Shown in pieces: positions 1 to 11,590 of a stretch of 64,000 bases of DNA. Position 1 is the first letter of the stretch, and every line of letters begins with the position of its first letter. The stretch covers positions 5,225,976 through 5,289,975 of the forward strand of contig OZ316897.1 in the NCBI GenBank assembly GCA_973895155.1, read 5' to 3'. A program made the position numbers and the translations under genes. The notes under the pieces were generated by a model. The model was not told where the DNA came from and made no database searches. It saw nothing but the letters and a program-made list of their open reading frames with translations. This DNA is from Marsupella aquatica. Its lineage: Eukaryota > Plantae > Marchantiophyta.

Positions 1-1954
1 GTACTACCCTCCTTGCACCTCGACTGAATGTAACAGTCTTCTCCAGAATGTACCTAACTATATCTGATGAGACAGCTGTAATACACCTACGCTTTCGATT
101 GGGAGTTTCACAGTCATCAGCAACACGACGCATCTTCCTTTCATATTCAATTCTCTTCCTGCCTGCATCCTTCCTTCTCTTCTCAAGCATGGCAGCTTGC
201 TGCACTTGGTGATCACAGCTAGAGTTGTGATCTTGCTCACCTTCATTAAGTGGACCAATGTGGGCTGCCTGCACTTGTCTGCAATCAGTTTGGGTGCTCT
301 GTTCTACCATTTGAATGTGGGCATCCTGTTCTAGAATGCTTGCACTTAGGGACCCCTGCCTAGACTCTAAAAGCTCGGCAAGGCATGAATGTACAGTCTC
401 CATAAGAATTTCACTTTCTTCTCGGGCTGTACGCAAGACCACAGTGGCAGCTTCATGAGCCTCATTACTAATTCTGATCACCTCTGATTGCCCAGCAGCC
501 AATATCTCTCTTCGCCTTTGGTTGCCATCAATTACCAAATCTTGGCATTGTTGCTTTGCACTCTCCATCATGAGATCGCATTGCTTTTGTGCTTCAAGAA
601 TCATTTCATCTGAGAGAGATGGTTGGTGACCACCTCCTTGCTGACCACTTGCTATCTGCTCTTGTTTTTTCAACTTGGATTTGCGGTTCGCCAATCTTCG
701 CTTCTCCAGCTTCTCTCTTGCTAGGGCATCAGATACCTGATTAATTGTGACCATTTTGGCCTACTCATGTGACATAAAGAAGGAACTGAAAATCTCTGCA
801 CGGCCCCTGCTCCCACTCTTTGCTTGCATGTCAAGGAGCGCAATGCAAATTAACACGCGTGACTCAACATCGGCACGATCAAAGGCTTGAAACAATCACA
901 TAGTCCCACTTTGACAGTCCCACTTCGATAGCCTGGCATTGAACTTCCTTGTCACCTAGTACATACCATGCATTTCAATTTATAACGTACTCACAAAATC
1001 TGAACGCATTTAATCTCTCCTGCTACCCTTCTTGAGGCCAACGCAACCTAGATCTGTTCTGTTCTCTTGAAAAACAAAAGCGAACCTACATTTATTAAAC
1101 TATTTCAATTCTGTCAATTCCAATGCAACTTCAGATCCTATTTCCAAACAAAAGCAAAGCAAGATTTAAAGTGGCACCTGGTGATTGAGTGACTGCTCGA
1201 CCATCCTCTCCGTGCTCTTTTCCAATGTTCCCTTCCGGAATCAAATGTCATCGACAAACCTACAAGCTCACAGCGTAATCAAATTTGTAGCTTGATTGGC
1301 CCTCTTTCTTTGCTTGTTCCCGCCGCTCCTGTCTAGATTTGAATGTCATTCGCCAAGAGAAGGCTCTAGACCCTAAATTAAATCTGCAGCTCGACCAAGG
1401 CCTTTATTTTTGCGTTGAACATCAATGTCCCTTTTTGCGCTTGATTGGCCTTTGCATCTAGGCTCACACCGCACGACTACTCTTTGAATCAATTCAACCC
1501 ATGTAGCTAGACATGAATGCAACAATTCTAGAGGACTTTGCTACCCATTTGCACTCCACAAGGCTCAACTTTGATACTTTCTCGACGAGTTGCAAGTGGA
1601 AAGACAAGAATCTTGAACACCAAAAGCTCCCGAGTACTTCTATCTACCACTACTCTGTCCCGCACCTAAGTCCAAAGGAGTCTGACTCCTTGTTTTCAAA
1701 AAGTCCTAAGGGAACGAATAGCGCCGACACTCTCCCATAAAACCAGTTGTCCAACCATAAAATACATGTCGAGACAAGAAAGGAGTTCCCTCGGGAGCTC
1801 AACACAGTAATGAATGTGCCTCATACGTATTTGATTTGTAAAAGTACTTTTTACTTTAGATCAGCCTAATCTTGGGCGTTGGCAATGCAAGGACTTTTTA
1901 AAGGAGTGGAGACATTTTTGCCTCCTTTGGTAGTCCTTAATCATGCAATCCACC

Positions 1955-3008
1955 GGCCCAAATAGCGTAGCTTGTCCTAAAGTTTGTCCCAACACGTCGG
2001 GACCAGAATGACCCCGACTCTAGCAACCAACTCCCGATTCTTGCCCCACTGATGGTCTAGGGGCCAAGCACCCTTGTAACTCAACCTCCACGCCTACTTG
2101 ACCTTGCCTCCCCAACGCAAGCTCCCTTGAGAGACTGAACGCGGCTTGGCTATTGTTTCGGCACGATTTGGCAAGCGGGCGAGATAACACCCGCAAACTT
2201 CAAGAACCTACATCTCCCCCAAACCATCTGAGCTAAAGAAGATGTAGCCCTCCTTCAGAGATTTCCAACGCACCCAAGAAGTCGTCCAACGGACTTCCCG
2301 TTGAATGGGAAGATATCGTCGTTTCCGTTTCGCGCTTTCCCTTAGTGTCGCGATCGCCGCGACTCACAACTTCGGCTCGCCCTTGGCCCCCAGGGAGACA
2401 CCACTCCCCTCATATATGCTTCTGGAGACCTGACACCCTCAAACCAGCTTTGGTCTCTAAACATTTGGCCTCCAACCCGGATCCTGTCACGCATACTGGG
2501 CGCGCCACCAACTGGCAACGCCCATATCTTTCTCGTTAGGCGTCTGCACGCGGAGTGCCTTAGCCCGTTGTGATTGGGCCAACCCGGTGCTCATGCCTAG
2601 GCCCTCAGGTCTCATTGCCGCTTAGGGCCCCCGACCGGCCCAATCCGGATCGAGCCATAACTTGCACCCCAAGCGTCTGTTGCCCATGGAGTCAACTCCA
2701 TTGGCCTTGGGCCCAAGAGGAGCTCTCACTCAAGCCCTCAGAACTCAATGTCCGTTCGGGGGTCCGAACGGTCAACTTTGAGTCTGGCTCGTTTCCCTTG
2801 ACCCAACCAGCTCTCAGCTAGCCTAAGTCCTTAGTGTGTGTCACCAGCTTGGCGCCTTGCCTTCGCCAGTGCCATTTCCCATTGCCCACAAGTCTCACCA
2901 TGCTAAGTCTTCCTCGGATGGCCTATCTGGGCTTGGACCATAAGGGAGCTTGGTGTCGGAGTCAACGACGCCGGAGCTAAGTGTTAAGGTAGTCAAGTTC
3001 TGCGACTC
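1955..3008. repeat. Left arm of a ~1.05-kb inverted duplication (partner 7233-8281)
   Basis: Reverse-complement match along its length, e.g. ctctagcaaccaactcccgattcttgccccactgatggtctaggggccaag vs 8169-8217. Confidence 0.9.
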
Positions 3009-4407
3009 AATCAGTAATCTGAATGATGTAGGCTTCACCAACTTCATTACAACATAGTTGAAACTAAACAAGACTCCACCTATCTCAGTTTTGATGCCGG
3101 TGAAGACTCCCGTGGGAATAAACTGATAGCCATTACCCATGTTCAACACTCTTCCAGTGACCTTCGGTGTTAACCTCATCCTATTGTTGTTGTATCAATC
3201 ATAATACATACCCCTGATCCTCCATCAATGGGTACACGTAATAATAATTCTCCTTGAATCATTAATATATGGTAGCGTTGGGGCTCCTTGATCCTCTTCT
3301 ATCATCAGCACGTCGGATCTGGGCTAACTTGGGTAATCTTGGCTTGCTGAGTATTGCCTTCCTTAATTGTTTTGGAAGTACGGGCTATTATTCAAAAGTT
3401 GACCTACCATTGCCGAGACTCTGGATTCTAATACACCCTTAGCCAAGTCATAGGGAACTACCGGTTTCTCGTCTGCTAGTTTCTCTCTCTTGGCTTTGGG
3501 TTGTTTTTGAACGCTAGGTTCCATGGGAGTAGGGTTTTCCGAAGCAAATAGCGCTTTGGCTCTTTTGACATCCTTGGCTATTGCTTTGGTATTCTCTAGT
3601 GTTTCCAATTCCCAAAGTTGTTCCTTAACACTAGCCGTAATGGAAGGGTATAACAATTTGGGGTGATCTCAATTGAAATCACTATCTTGTGAAGGATTGG
3701 GCCTGTTGGTGAGTTCAGGGCTTACCTGGGTTGCCGGCACCTTCCCTTCCCTTCTCCCTCCGTTGATGTTGATGAAGAGTCGACCCTTTCCTCCTTACCC
3801 TTCCCTTTGTTCTTGGCCAGACCATCCCACCTTTCTTTCCTCCTGGTTGAACGAGTAGAAACACGATAGCAGTCGTGGTCCAGCTCATCTTCTGAGAATG
3901 TCAATAAGGCCTCAGCTTTGTCATCAGATGGTCCAAACTCGGCCTCGGCATCTCTTTGCCATCCTAGTTCAATGTGATTGATATGAAGTCCACCTGATGT
4001 AGTGCCTGGTGGTAGGACCTTGACCGACAAGATTTTGTGATTTGCGACCAATCCTGCCAACCAAGTAGGACATTGTCCTAGCATGTGACCCTCCTGTTGG
4101 CATCCCATACATAACCTTGTTGCCGCTGTCATGAGGTTTTCTTCCTAAGGGAGAAATCCTCATGTTGGGCTTGTGCAAAAGAAGAGAAAGAAAAAGGATA
4201 AACATGTAACCTTTGCATTTTTATGGATGGATAAGTGAAAAATGGTATTATGAGAGTAGTTTTGAGCGAATGAGGAGTTGGTTGGTGGGTCCTATATGGC
4301 TAAATTCCATTGGTGTTTCTTTTTCCAATGAAGTTGAGTTTGACAAAAATAGACCAATGACAAAGATATATTTGCATTTTTTACTATATTTAGTAACGGA
4401 AAAATAG
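2895..4407 (-). pseudogene. Degenerate Ty3/gypsy gag-protease region
   Basis: Zinc knuckle CMGCQQEGHMLGQC in ORF 3722..4132. Gag-pro linker VPYDLAKGVLESRVSAMVGQLLNNSP. Aspartic-protease motif VPIDGGSGVCIM read on the minus strand near 3200-3240. Frameshifts and stops. Confidence 0.75.
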
Positions 4408-5446
4408 AGTGAGTTGGCAGGATTATTTGTCGACCATTGACGTCATCAACGGTAATTTGGGTCTAATGGTTGTGATGATGAAGTGACTTTCATTTGTTGC
4501 ATATTTGGCTTAGTCTTAGCCATTTATTTATCATTTGATTGTCATGGGGCTTATTTTGGACATAGAGAGTTATTTTGAAGGGTTAAAACCCTGGTTACTT
4601 GTTTGAATGGTGTGGTGGCGGCTTGGGGTTTGAGTATGGAAGGGGTAGGTCATGCATGGCATGCTGTTTTCCCCCTACTTGCTCAAACTTAATTATGGTT
4701 TAGTATTGGGTTACAATCAAAACGGTGGCAGTTTCCGATTTGCAAGCAACTCAAGAGGAGACAAGTGTTGGTATTGGTATGGCTAAGGGTGAAGCTCAAG
4801 CTTGAGTATGACAACTCAAGCTAGGAGACAAGGTTGAGACTTGCCTTAGTGGTGAGTTGTTTTTTGTGGAGGTTAACCAGGTGGTTGAGTTCATAGAGGT
4901 AGCAAAAGCTAGTTGGATTGCAAGTTAGACCTTGACAAGTGTTGGGGAGGCTTGGAGGGTGGTTGGAGCTCAAGTTCACGTTGGATTAAGATTGGTCCAT
5001 GGTTTTGCTGTTGTCTGGTCCCTATTTGCTCAACATTCACTTGAATTTAGTGCCTGGATTATGGTGGAGAGATGGCGGGCAGTTGTTGGGCTGCTAGTCA
5101 CTTGCTGCCAAGTGCTTGGTTGGAATGAAGTGGGCTGGAGGAGGAAGTTACAAATTCTGATGGGGGAGGCAAGTCAGGGGCTTAAGGGAGAGCTTGGAGG
5201 GAAGGAGCCAAGGTATCATTCTTCATTCTCACTTTCTCAGAGTTGATAGCTTGGAGGTGGGGAAGAGAGATATTGCCATGATTGTGGGTAAAAGAGCCAT
5301 AGCTCCTCTCTTCTAGGTGCCTAATGTTTGAAGGGCCTAGTTGAGAGTTGGGAGGTAGTTTCTTTTATGGAAGAGAGACCTGCGGAAGTAGATGTGAAGG
5401 AATTGGGCTTATGTGTGTCTAGAGGTGTGTTGCCTAACCTTGAGTG

Positions 5447-5761
5447 GGGTATAACCACCATGCCAGGAAACAGTAAAAAGGAAACAGTAAACAGCAAAAT
5501 GGATGAAATTTTTTTGAAATTTGTTTGGGATTTTTTTGGGGGATTTTTTTTTTTGGTTTATATTTTTGACATTTTTTTACTAGCGCCCCAAGCTAGTAAT
5601 AGTAGCGCCTGGCACTAGCAAAAAATGATCGTTTTTAAATTTTTTTTGAATTTTTTGAATTTTAATGAGAAATTTTTTATATCTCATTTTTGCTCATAAC
5701 AGTAAAATTTTGCTCATAACAGGAAATCATTTTCCTGTTTCCTGACACGGTGTAAAGCCTC
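5447..5761 (-). mobile_element. Mutator-type MITE, copy 1
   Basis: Perfect 9-bp TSD CCTTGAGTG (5438-5446, 5762-5770). GGGTAT left end, CAGGAAACAG/CTGTTTCCTG subterminal repeats, T-rich core containing CTAGCGCCC. Confidence 0.8.
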
Positions 5762-6224
5762 CCTTGAGTGCAACTGCCTTGGTAATTGCCTTGTTCATTC
5801 ACCTACCGGTATGGACTTGTCTTGCCTTGAGGGTTGGTGTAGCTTGGAAGGGGCACCTTTGTTGCAATCCTTACCCGATATCTAGAACATTAAAGGTAAG
5901 GTGGAAATTATTGGCTTTACTCTTGTGTGGAAGCGCTGGCCAATTATCCACTCAGTTTGGGAGAAGGAAACATTGAAAGATGATAAGTAAGGAGTATGGA
6001 AGGGGAAGAGCTCTTCTCCATGGTTGAGGTTTTGCTTGCTTGAGAGTTGAAGGTGTAGGACAAGTCAGAGTAGATAGGCTAATTCAAAGCCTTGTTTTTG
6101 ATAGACTTGTGGAGGGGTTGAGATGCAATCTTATACGTACTACTTGGTGTTACTTGCTACAAGGGTCTTGATGGAGATCTACTTTTGACTTAGAAAAACC
6201 TATAGTTATATTAATTTGATTATG

Positions 6225-6506
6225 GGGTATTTACAAACAACAGGAAACAGCAAACAGGAAACAGGAAACAAAAACTGGTAATAGGAAAATGAGTGGTAAT
6301 TTTTTTTGAATTTTTTTGAATTTTTTGAATTTTTTTTTTTGCCGAAAATATTTTTTTGCTAGCGCCCAAAGCTAGCCAAAAAATTGTTGTCGACATTTTT
6401 TTTGTTGAAAATTGTGATTTTTTAGGAAATATTTTTACATTGTCATTTTTCTGGTAACAGTAAATTTTTGCTGGTAAACCTGTTTACTGTCACGCATGTC
6501 ATACCC
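6225..6506 (+). mobile_element. Mutator-type MITE, copy 2
   Basis: GGGTAT...ATACCC ends. TSD TTGATTATG/TTGATTATT (8/9). Highly similar to 25129-25451. Confidence 0.85.
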
Positions 6507-6659
6507 TTGATTATTGAGGAGAAATTGTCCTCAATTTTGTAAATGGATGAGTTACTTTGCTTTGGCTATGGATGAGGTGGATAATTTTGTGATGCTTGGT
6601 TGATTAGAAGTCTTGTTGCTTAGAGTTGTCTTGTTGGTAACCGTCTACTATCTCCAGCA

Positions 6660-7232
6660 GCCATACACCCAGCGTGTTTGTCAAGACCTTTCCCACCTTT
6701 TTGCTTATCCTCAGGACACCGCCACTAGGGGTTTACTTGGAGTAGCTGGACGCCTCATCTCCTTGGCTAATTTCTTTAGCCGTACCGTTTGATTATCCGC
6801 CCACCGCTGCAAGTTCTCCACCTTCCGCACACTGTCCTCCAACTCCAAACTGTCTTGTCTAGCTCTCCCGAGTGTCTTTCAACTCCTTTTGGGTTTCTTC
6901 CAACTCCTTTTGCAAGGCCACCCTCTCCTCTTGAGCCTCTCAGCTCCTTGTTGAACTTGTGGACAACATCAAACTCCATCTTGTTCATCTTCTTGTAGGT
7001 TTGATCGAGCATCTCGTCCTTCTTACGCAGGTTGGCTTGGAAATTGGCCGATAGGTTTGCAAGATCCTCTTGTAGCCGATAAATACCTTGGTAGGTTTTA
7101 TTCAACTTGACATCCTTCTGCTGAAATGCCTTGCAGAGATCTTTGAGCTCTCCTTTTAGTGTCGTCTCCTTCCTCTGGGCATCTACCATGGCCCGGTTGC
7201 AGGTCATTAGGTGAGCCTGCTCTACGTCCTTG
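6660..7232 (-). pseudogene. Fragment of the LTR-borne coiled-coil ORF (family A)
   Basis: ORF 6776..7207 (LRKKDEMLDQTYKKMNKME) matches ORF 44850..45914 and region 12540-12860. Confidence 0.8.
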
Positions 7233-8281
7233 AGAGTCGCAAAACTCGACTACCTTAACACTTAGCTCCAGCATCGGTGACTCCGACGCTGAGTTCCCTT
7301 ATGGTCCAGGCCCAGATAGGCCATCCGGGGAGGACTTAGCATGGGAAGACTTGTGGGCAATGAGACGTGGCACTAGCAAAGGCAAGGCGCCAAGCTGGTG
7401 ACACACACGTACTAAGGACTTAGACTAGGTGAGAGCTGGTCGGGTCGAGGGGAAAAAGGGCCGGGCTCAAGGTTGACTCTCCGAACCCCTGGACAGATTT
7501 GACTTTTGAGGGCAATGAGAGCTCCTCTTGGGCCCAAGGCCAATGGAGTTGACGCCACAGGCAACGGACGCTTGGGCACGAGTTATGGCCCGATCCGGGT
7601 TTGGCCAATTGGGGGCCCCAAGCGATGATGAGATCTAAGGGCCCATGAGCATTGGGTCGGCCCAACCACAAAAGGCTAAGGCACTCCGCTTGCGGACGCC
7701 TAACTAGGAAGTTATGGGCATTGCCAGTTGGTGGTGCGCCCAGACATGCGAGATACGGTCCGGGTTGGGGACCAAAATTTTGAAAACCAAAGGTGGTCCG
7801 GGGGTGGCAGGTCTCGAGAAGCATATATGAGGGGAGTGGTGTCTCCCTGGGGGCTAAGGGCGAGCCGAAGTGGTGAGCCACGGTGGTCGCGACACTAAGG
7901 GAAAATATCAAACGGAAATGACGATAACTTCCCAATGGGAAGTCCATTGGAGGACTTCTTGGGTGCGTTGGAAATCTCTCAAGGAGGACTACATCCTCCT
8001 GAGCTCAAATGGTTTGGGGGAAACGTAAGTTCTCAAGGTTTGTGGGTGTTATCTTGCTCACTTGCCAAATCCTACCGAAACAGCAACCAAGCCGCGTTCA
8101 GTCTCTCAAGGGAGCTTGCGTTGGGAAGGCAAGGCCAAGTAGGCGTGGAGGTTGAGTTACAAGGGCACTTGGCCCCTAGACCATCAGTGGGGCAAGAACC
8201 GGGAGTTGGTTGCTAAAGTCGGGGCCATTCTGGTCCCAACATGTAGGGACAAGCTTTGGGACAAGCCATGCCACTTGGGCC
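7233..8281. repeat. Right arm of the inverted duplication (gypsy internal sequence downstream of the protease)
   Basis: Translates ESQNSTTLTLSSSIGDSDAEFPYGPGPDRPSGEDLAW, matching ORF 2895..3179(-). Confidence 0.9.
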
Positions 8282-8708
8282 ATAAGCATGTCTTGGGGGT
8301 AGGGCGATCACTTGGTGATGGATAGATATGAGGGGAACCCCGGGTTGCATCCAAGGAAGGAGCTGTTCTGGACAAACAATGGGCGTCCATTCTGGTTCTG
8401 GCTTATGGCATCGGGAGGACCTATCGCTGACCTACTTACCAGTGTCTGTTGAGCTTGAGTTGGGATGCTAGACTTGGGGGTTCTAGATCCTGAAGGGTTG
8501 CTTACCAAGACACTTGGTTGTTTGTACAGACAGTGAGGACCGTTGAGTAGCGGTTCCGTTCAGGAGCAAGTGCGGCTTTGTATGGGAGGGGCTGCTGGTG
8601 GTGCAAGGGGCACTAAGTTGTTTGCTCAAGGTATTCCATGGAGGCGCTTGGGCACCAGGGGCACTTAGGCGTGGGTGGTGGGATTGGTGAGGGCGTTGGG
8701 TGGCAAGG

Positions 8709-11083
8709 TGTCACGCGATTGACATGGGTCTTAACACCAAAAACGTCACTATGGGTGCCAAAACCATCTCCTTGTACCTGAGGATCACGAAGGGATGTTG
8801 TGAATGCCGGTAAACACCAGTTTATGCCCTTAACACCAGACTATCATAGCAAGACTCTATCACACATCACCCAAGCTCAATCCCAAGGAACCAAGGTTGG
8901 GGATCAGATCTGCGCTCATGATAGTTCTGGTGAGAAGGGGTCTTCATATCGGGCCCGTACACACAGGGCCTAGCGCTACGGTGCGCATAGGTCTATACAT
9001 ATGCTTACTGTCATAGGTATGTTTCTATTCCGCCGCCGGAATGTACCCATAAACCAGTGACTCCTGACTGATTCCCGGCTTAGGGACTTCTAAGCCATTG
9101 CCCCACCACTCTGCCATTCCACTCTCAACAATCAAAGCTATGACAGTCCTCACCCAGCCCGCTTCAATGCACCCGGTACACCTCTCAGTGGCGCTGCTAG
9201 TTCCATCATACACTCAGATTGCCTCACACACACACACATCCATGAGAGAAATGAGGCCTGAGAGGAAAACTCAATTAGATTCAAAGATGTGCACAATAGT
9301 TCACTGAGAACACTTGATCTGAACACTAGGGCCGAAGGCTGTCTCCTCCAGATTGTGACGTGCTTGCCCTGCAAGCCCCGTGCTTGCCATGCAAGCTCAA
9401 TCCTGAACTCAACCTCCTTCACTGCACTTCATTCTTGGGGGCACATACAGATCTCACACCTCCAATTCAGAACGTCAAGTTACGCATGCATAGTTGACTC
9501 GACTTCAAAGCTGGTACCAGGCCTAACGGCGATCTATCCCAGACTGCAATGAGGCCCGGCCTCACGCTTGCCCTGCAAGCTCAGCTCTGGCCATAGATCC
9601 CTTAGTGCTCTCCACCAGACAAAGGCCGGGACTCCCCATGGATCACGTAGCCTTGCCAGACTGAACTGTAAATGCTCCTCCTGCTGCCCCTTAATCAGTA
9701 CCTCAGCCTCCCTAATGTGCCCACCGCAAATCGAATTGAAATCCTCCCCACAGTTTACAATCACCAATACATCACCTATCACCAAGGCTCTGTATCGGGG
9801 GAAAAGAACCCAGTTGTGCTGCCCACTAGAAAGAGCCACAATCCAGCTCGCAAACCTAGCAACCCGTTGCTGTGAAGCTTGGCTGATTACTCCCTAAGTA
9901 ATAGCACAACCAAGCTCTCCCCAACACGCAGCGTCCAAGTCCAGCCTTGCTTGCACAGAGCTCCTCCCCGCTACTCAGTCTAAGTGAGATCACACAACTG
10001 AAGTCACCCCCCTGCCTCTACCGGAGGGATGCTCTATATACTCTCTCATACTGAGCCCAAATGGGTGGATACTACGCTGCTGGAGCCCCATCCCAGCCCT
10101 AACAGAGCCGCCACTATCTCTAACTACTGAACCCTAACTCGCAACTTTATTTCTATCTCGAATTGGCTATGTACTTCGGATTCGGCCCTCCTCCCTGGTT
10201 TTCGCGAGCTTGCGCCTCCTCTCCCGATTTCTCTATTTAACCATTTTCTGCGTGGATAGCAGCGTTGGAAGCGGCTTGAGCTCCTCTTTCCAACGAGGTC
10301 AATTATAGCCGATTTGGTCAAATACATAGAGAGTTATGCCCCCGCAACCGAGAGGGGGTACTCACTGCTGCGCTAACCCGAGTTACATAGCTAACCCGAG
10401 TTTGGCTAACCTAGCTATCCTATCTAACCCGAGTAGAGCTAACCCGTGGTCTCGGGTTAGGTCGCTACCCGCTATCCGCTATCCGCTAACCTAGCCTAAG
10501 CTGAGCCCGAATCCGAGCTTACCTATGCTAACCTGAGTCCGCGCTGACCTGAGCTAAGCTGAAGCCGTGTTGACGTGAGCTAAGCTGAAGCCGTGCTGAC
10601 CTGAGCTAAGCTGAAGCCGTTCTTACCTGAGATAAGCTGAAGCCGTGCTTACCTAAGCTAAGCTGAAGCCGTGCTGACCTGAGCTAAGCTGAAGCCGTGC
10701 TCACATAAGCTAAGCCGTGGTCGAGCTTGGGTTAACCCGAAACTAAAGCCGAATCCGCTAATTCCGGCCACAAGTTAACCCGTCACACTAATCAGGCCGT
10801 ATCTTTCTTAATACACCTCTGTTTCCCGAGTGTTTTATATCGATTTTACTCGCCTTGACCAGATCTTTCCAATGCTCTTTACAGATCCGGATTTGGTGAC
10901 ATATTGAAAGAGATATGGTCACCGACCACCTGCGACATAGCTTTTATTTCCCTACTCTTAACGCCATGATTGCCCTTATTCTTGCCATCTTGCTAATTGT
11001 TATGCAATATCAATAGCTACTCCTTGCATACAGCAACCTACTTAATCAGATTACAAAATAAGGACCATGTCATTGGCGTCACA
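8709..11083 (-). mobile_element. Solo LTR H (~2.4 kb, lacks the long ORF)
   Basis: Ends TGTCACGCGATTGACATGG...CCATGTCATTGGCGTCACA (imperfect inverted repeat). 5-bp TSD CAAGG. Blocks 9010-9100 and 9489-9610 are homologous to LTR F (22392-22780). Confidence 0.8.
10370..10740. repeat. Tandem array inside LTR H
   Basis: About 7 copies of 26-bp GCTGACCTGAGCTAAGCTGAAGCCGT (10540-10718), preceded by short AACCCGAG repeats. Confidence 0.9.
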
Positions 11084-11399
11084 CAAGGTCCACCACTTGT
11101 GGTATCAGAGCAATTGTCGGCATAGACACCGGGTCGAGGTTGTGCTAAGTTAGAATCCAAAAATCTTAATGGATTTTTACGTGGACCTAGTGCTTCAACA
11201 TGCCAGGTGGGTCGACTATGGGCAGATGTGGTTACTGGAGACATGGCAAAGAACACTCGATCAAAGAGTGGCAAGCAGGCTCCCCCCGCGCGCCAAGGGG
11301 AGAGCCCAAGTTCAAGAAGAGTAGAAGGTGGACGGGTTGACTTCCCTAGACAAACATTACAAGAAGGATGACAAGGATGTGGCGGCCAAACCATTGACC

Positions 11400-11590
11400 G
11401 CCACAGGGATCACGTCAAGTGCAAAGTGTCGTCGACTTGGGTCTGTACATTCTCCAATGGGTCTGTACAATTGGCCAACATCACAGGAGAGGTATACCCA
11501 GTTTTCATACACTACAACCGCCTAAAGAAATATTACATGGATGAAGATGAGGTTGTTCGCAAGGACGCTTCACAATTAAGTGGGGAGCTA
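11400..11590 (+). pseudogene. Gypsy integrase C-terminal remnant plus polypurine tract
   Basis: Frame reads GSVQLANITGEVYPVFIHYNRLKKYY (typical Ty3 integrase tail), then AAGTGGGGAG-CTA immediately before the LTR start TGTGATGCC. Confidence 0.65.

Noticed and set aside
1-1950. Minus-strand coiled-coil-like decayed coding sequence (~1-800)
   Set aside because: No diagnostic motif or termini could be recognised; left unassigned.
11100-11111. TGGTATCAGAGC, a perfect tRNA-Met PBS-like sequence
   Set aside because: It lies 16 bp beyond LTR H, outside its CAAGG TSD, and H is in the opposite orientation. It cannot be tied to an LTR end, so it is chance or a relic.
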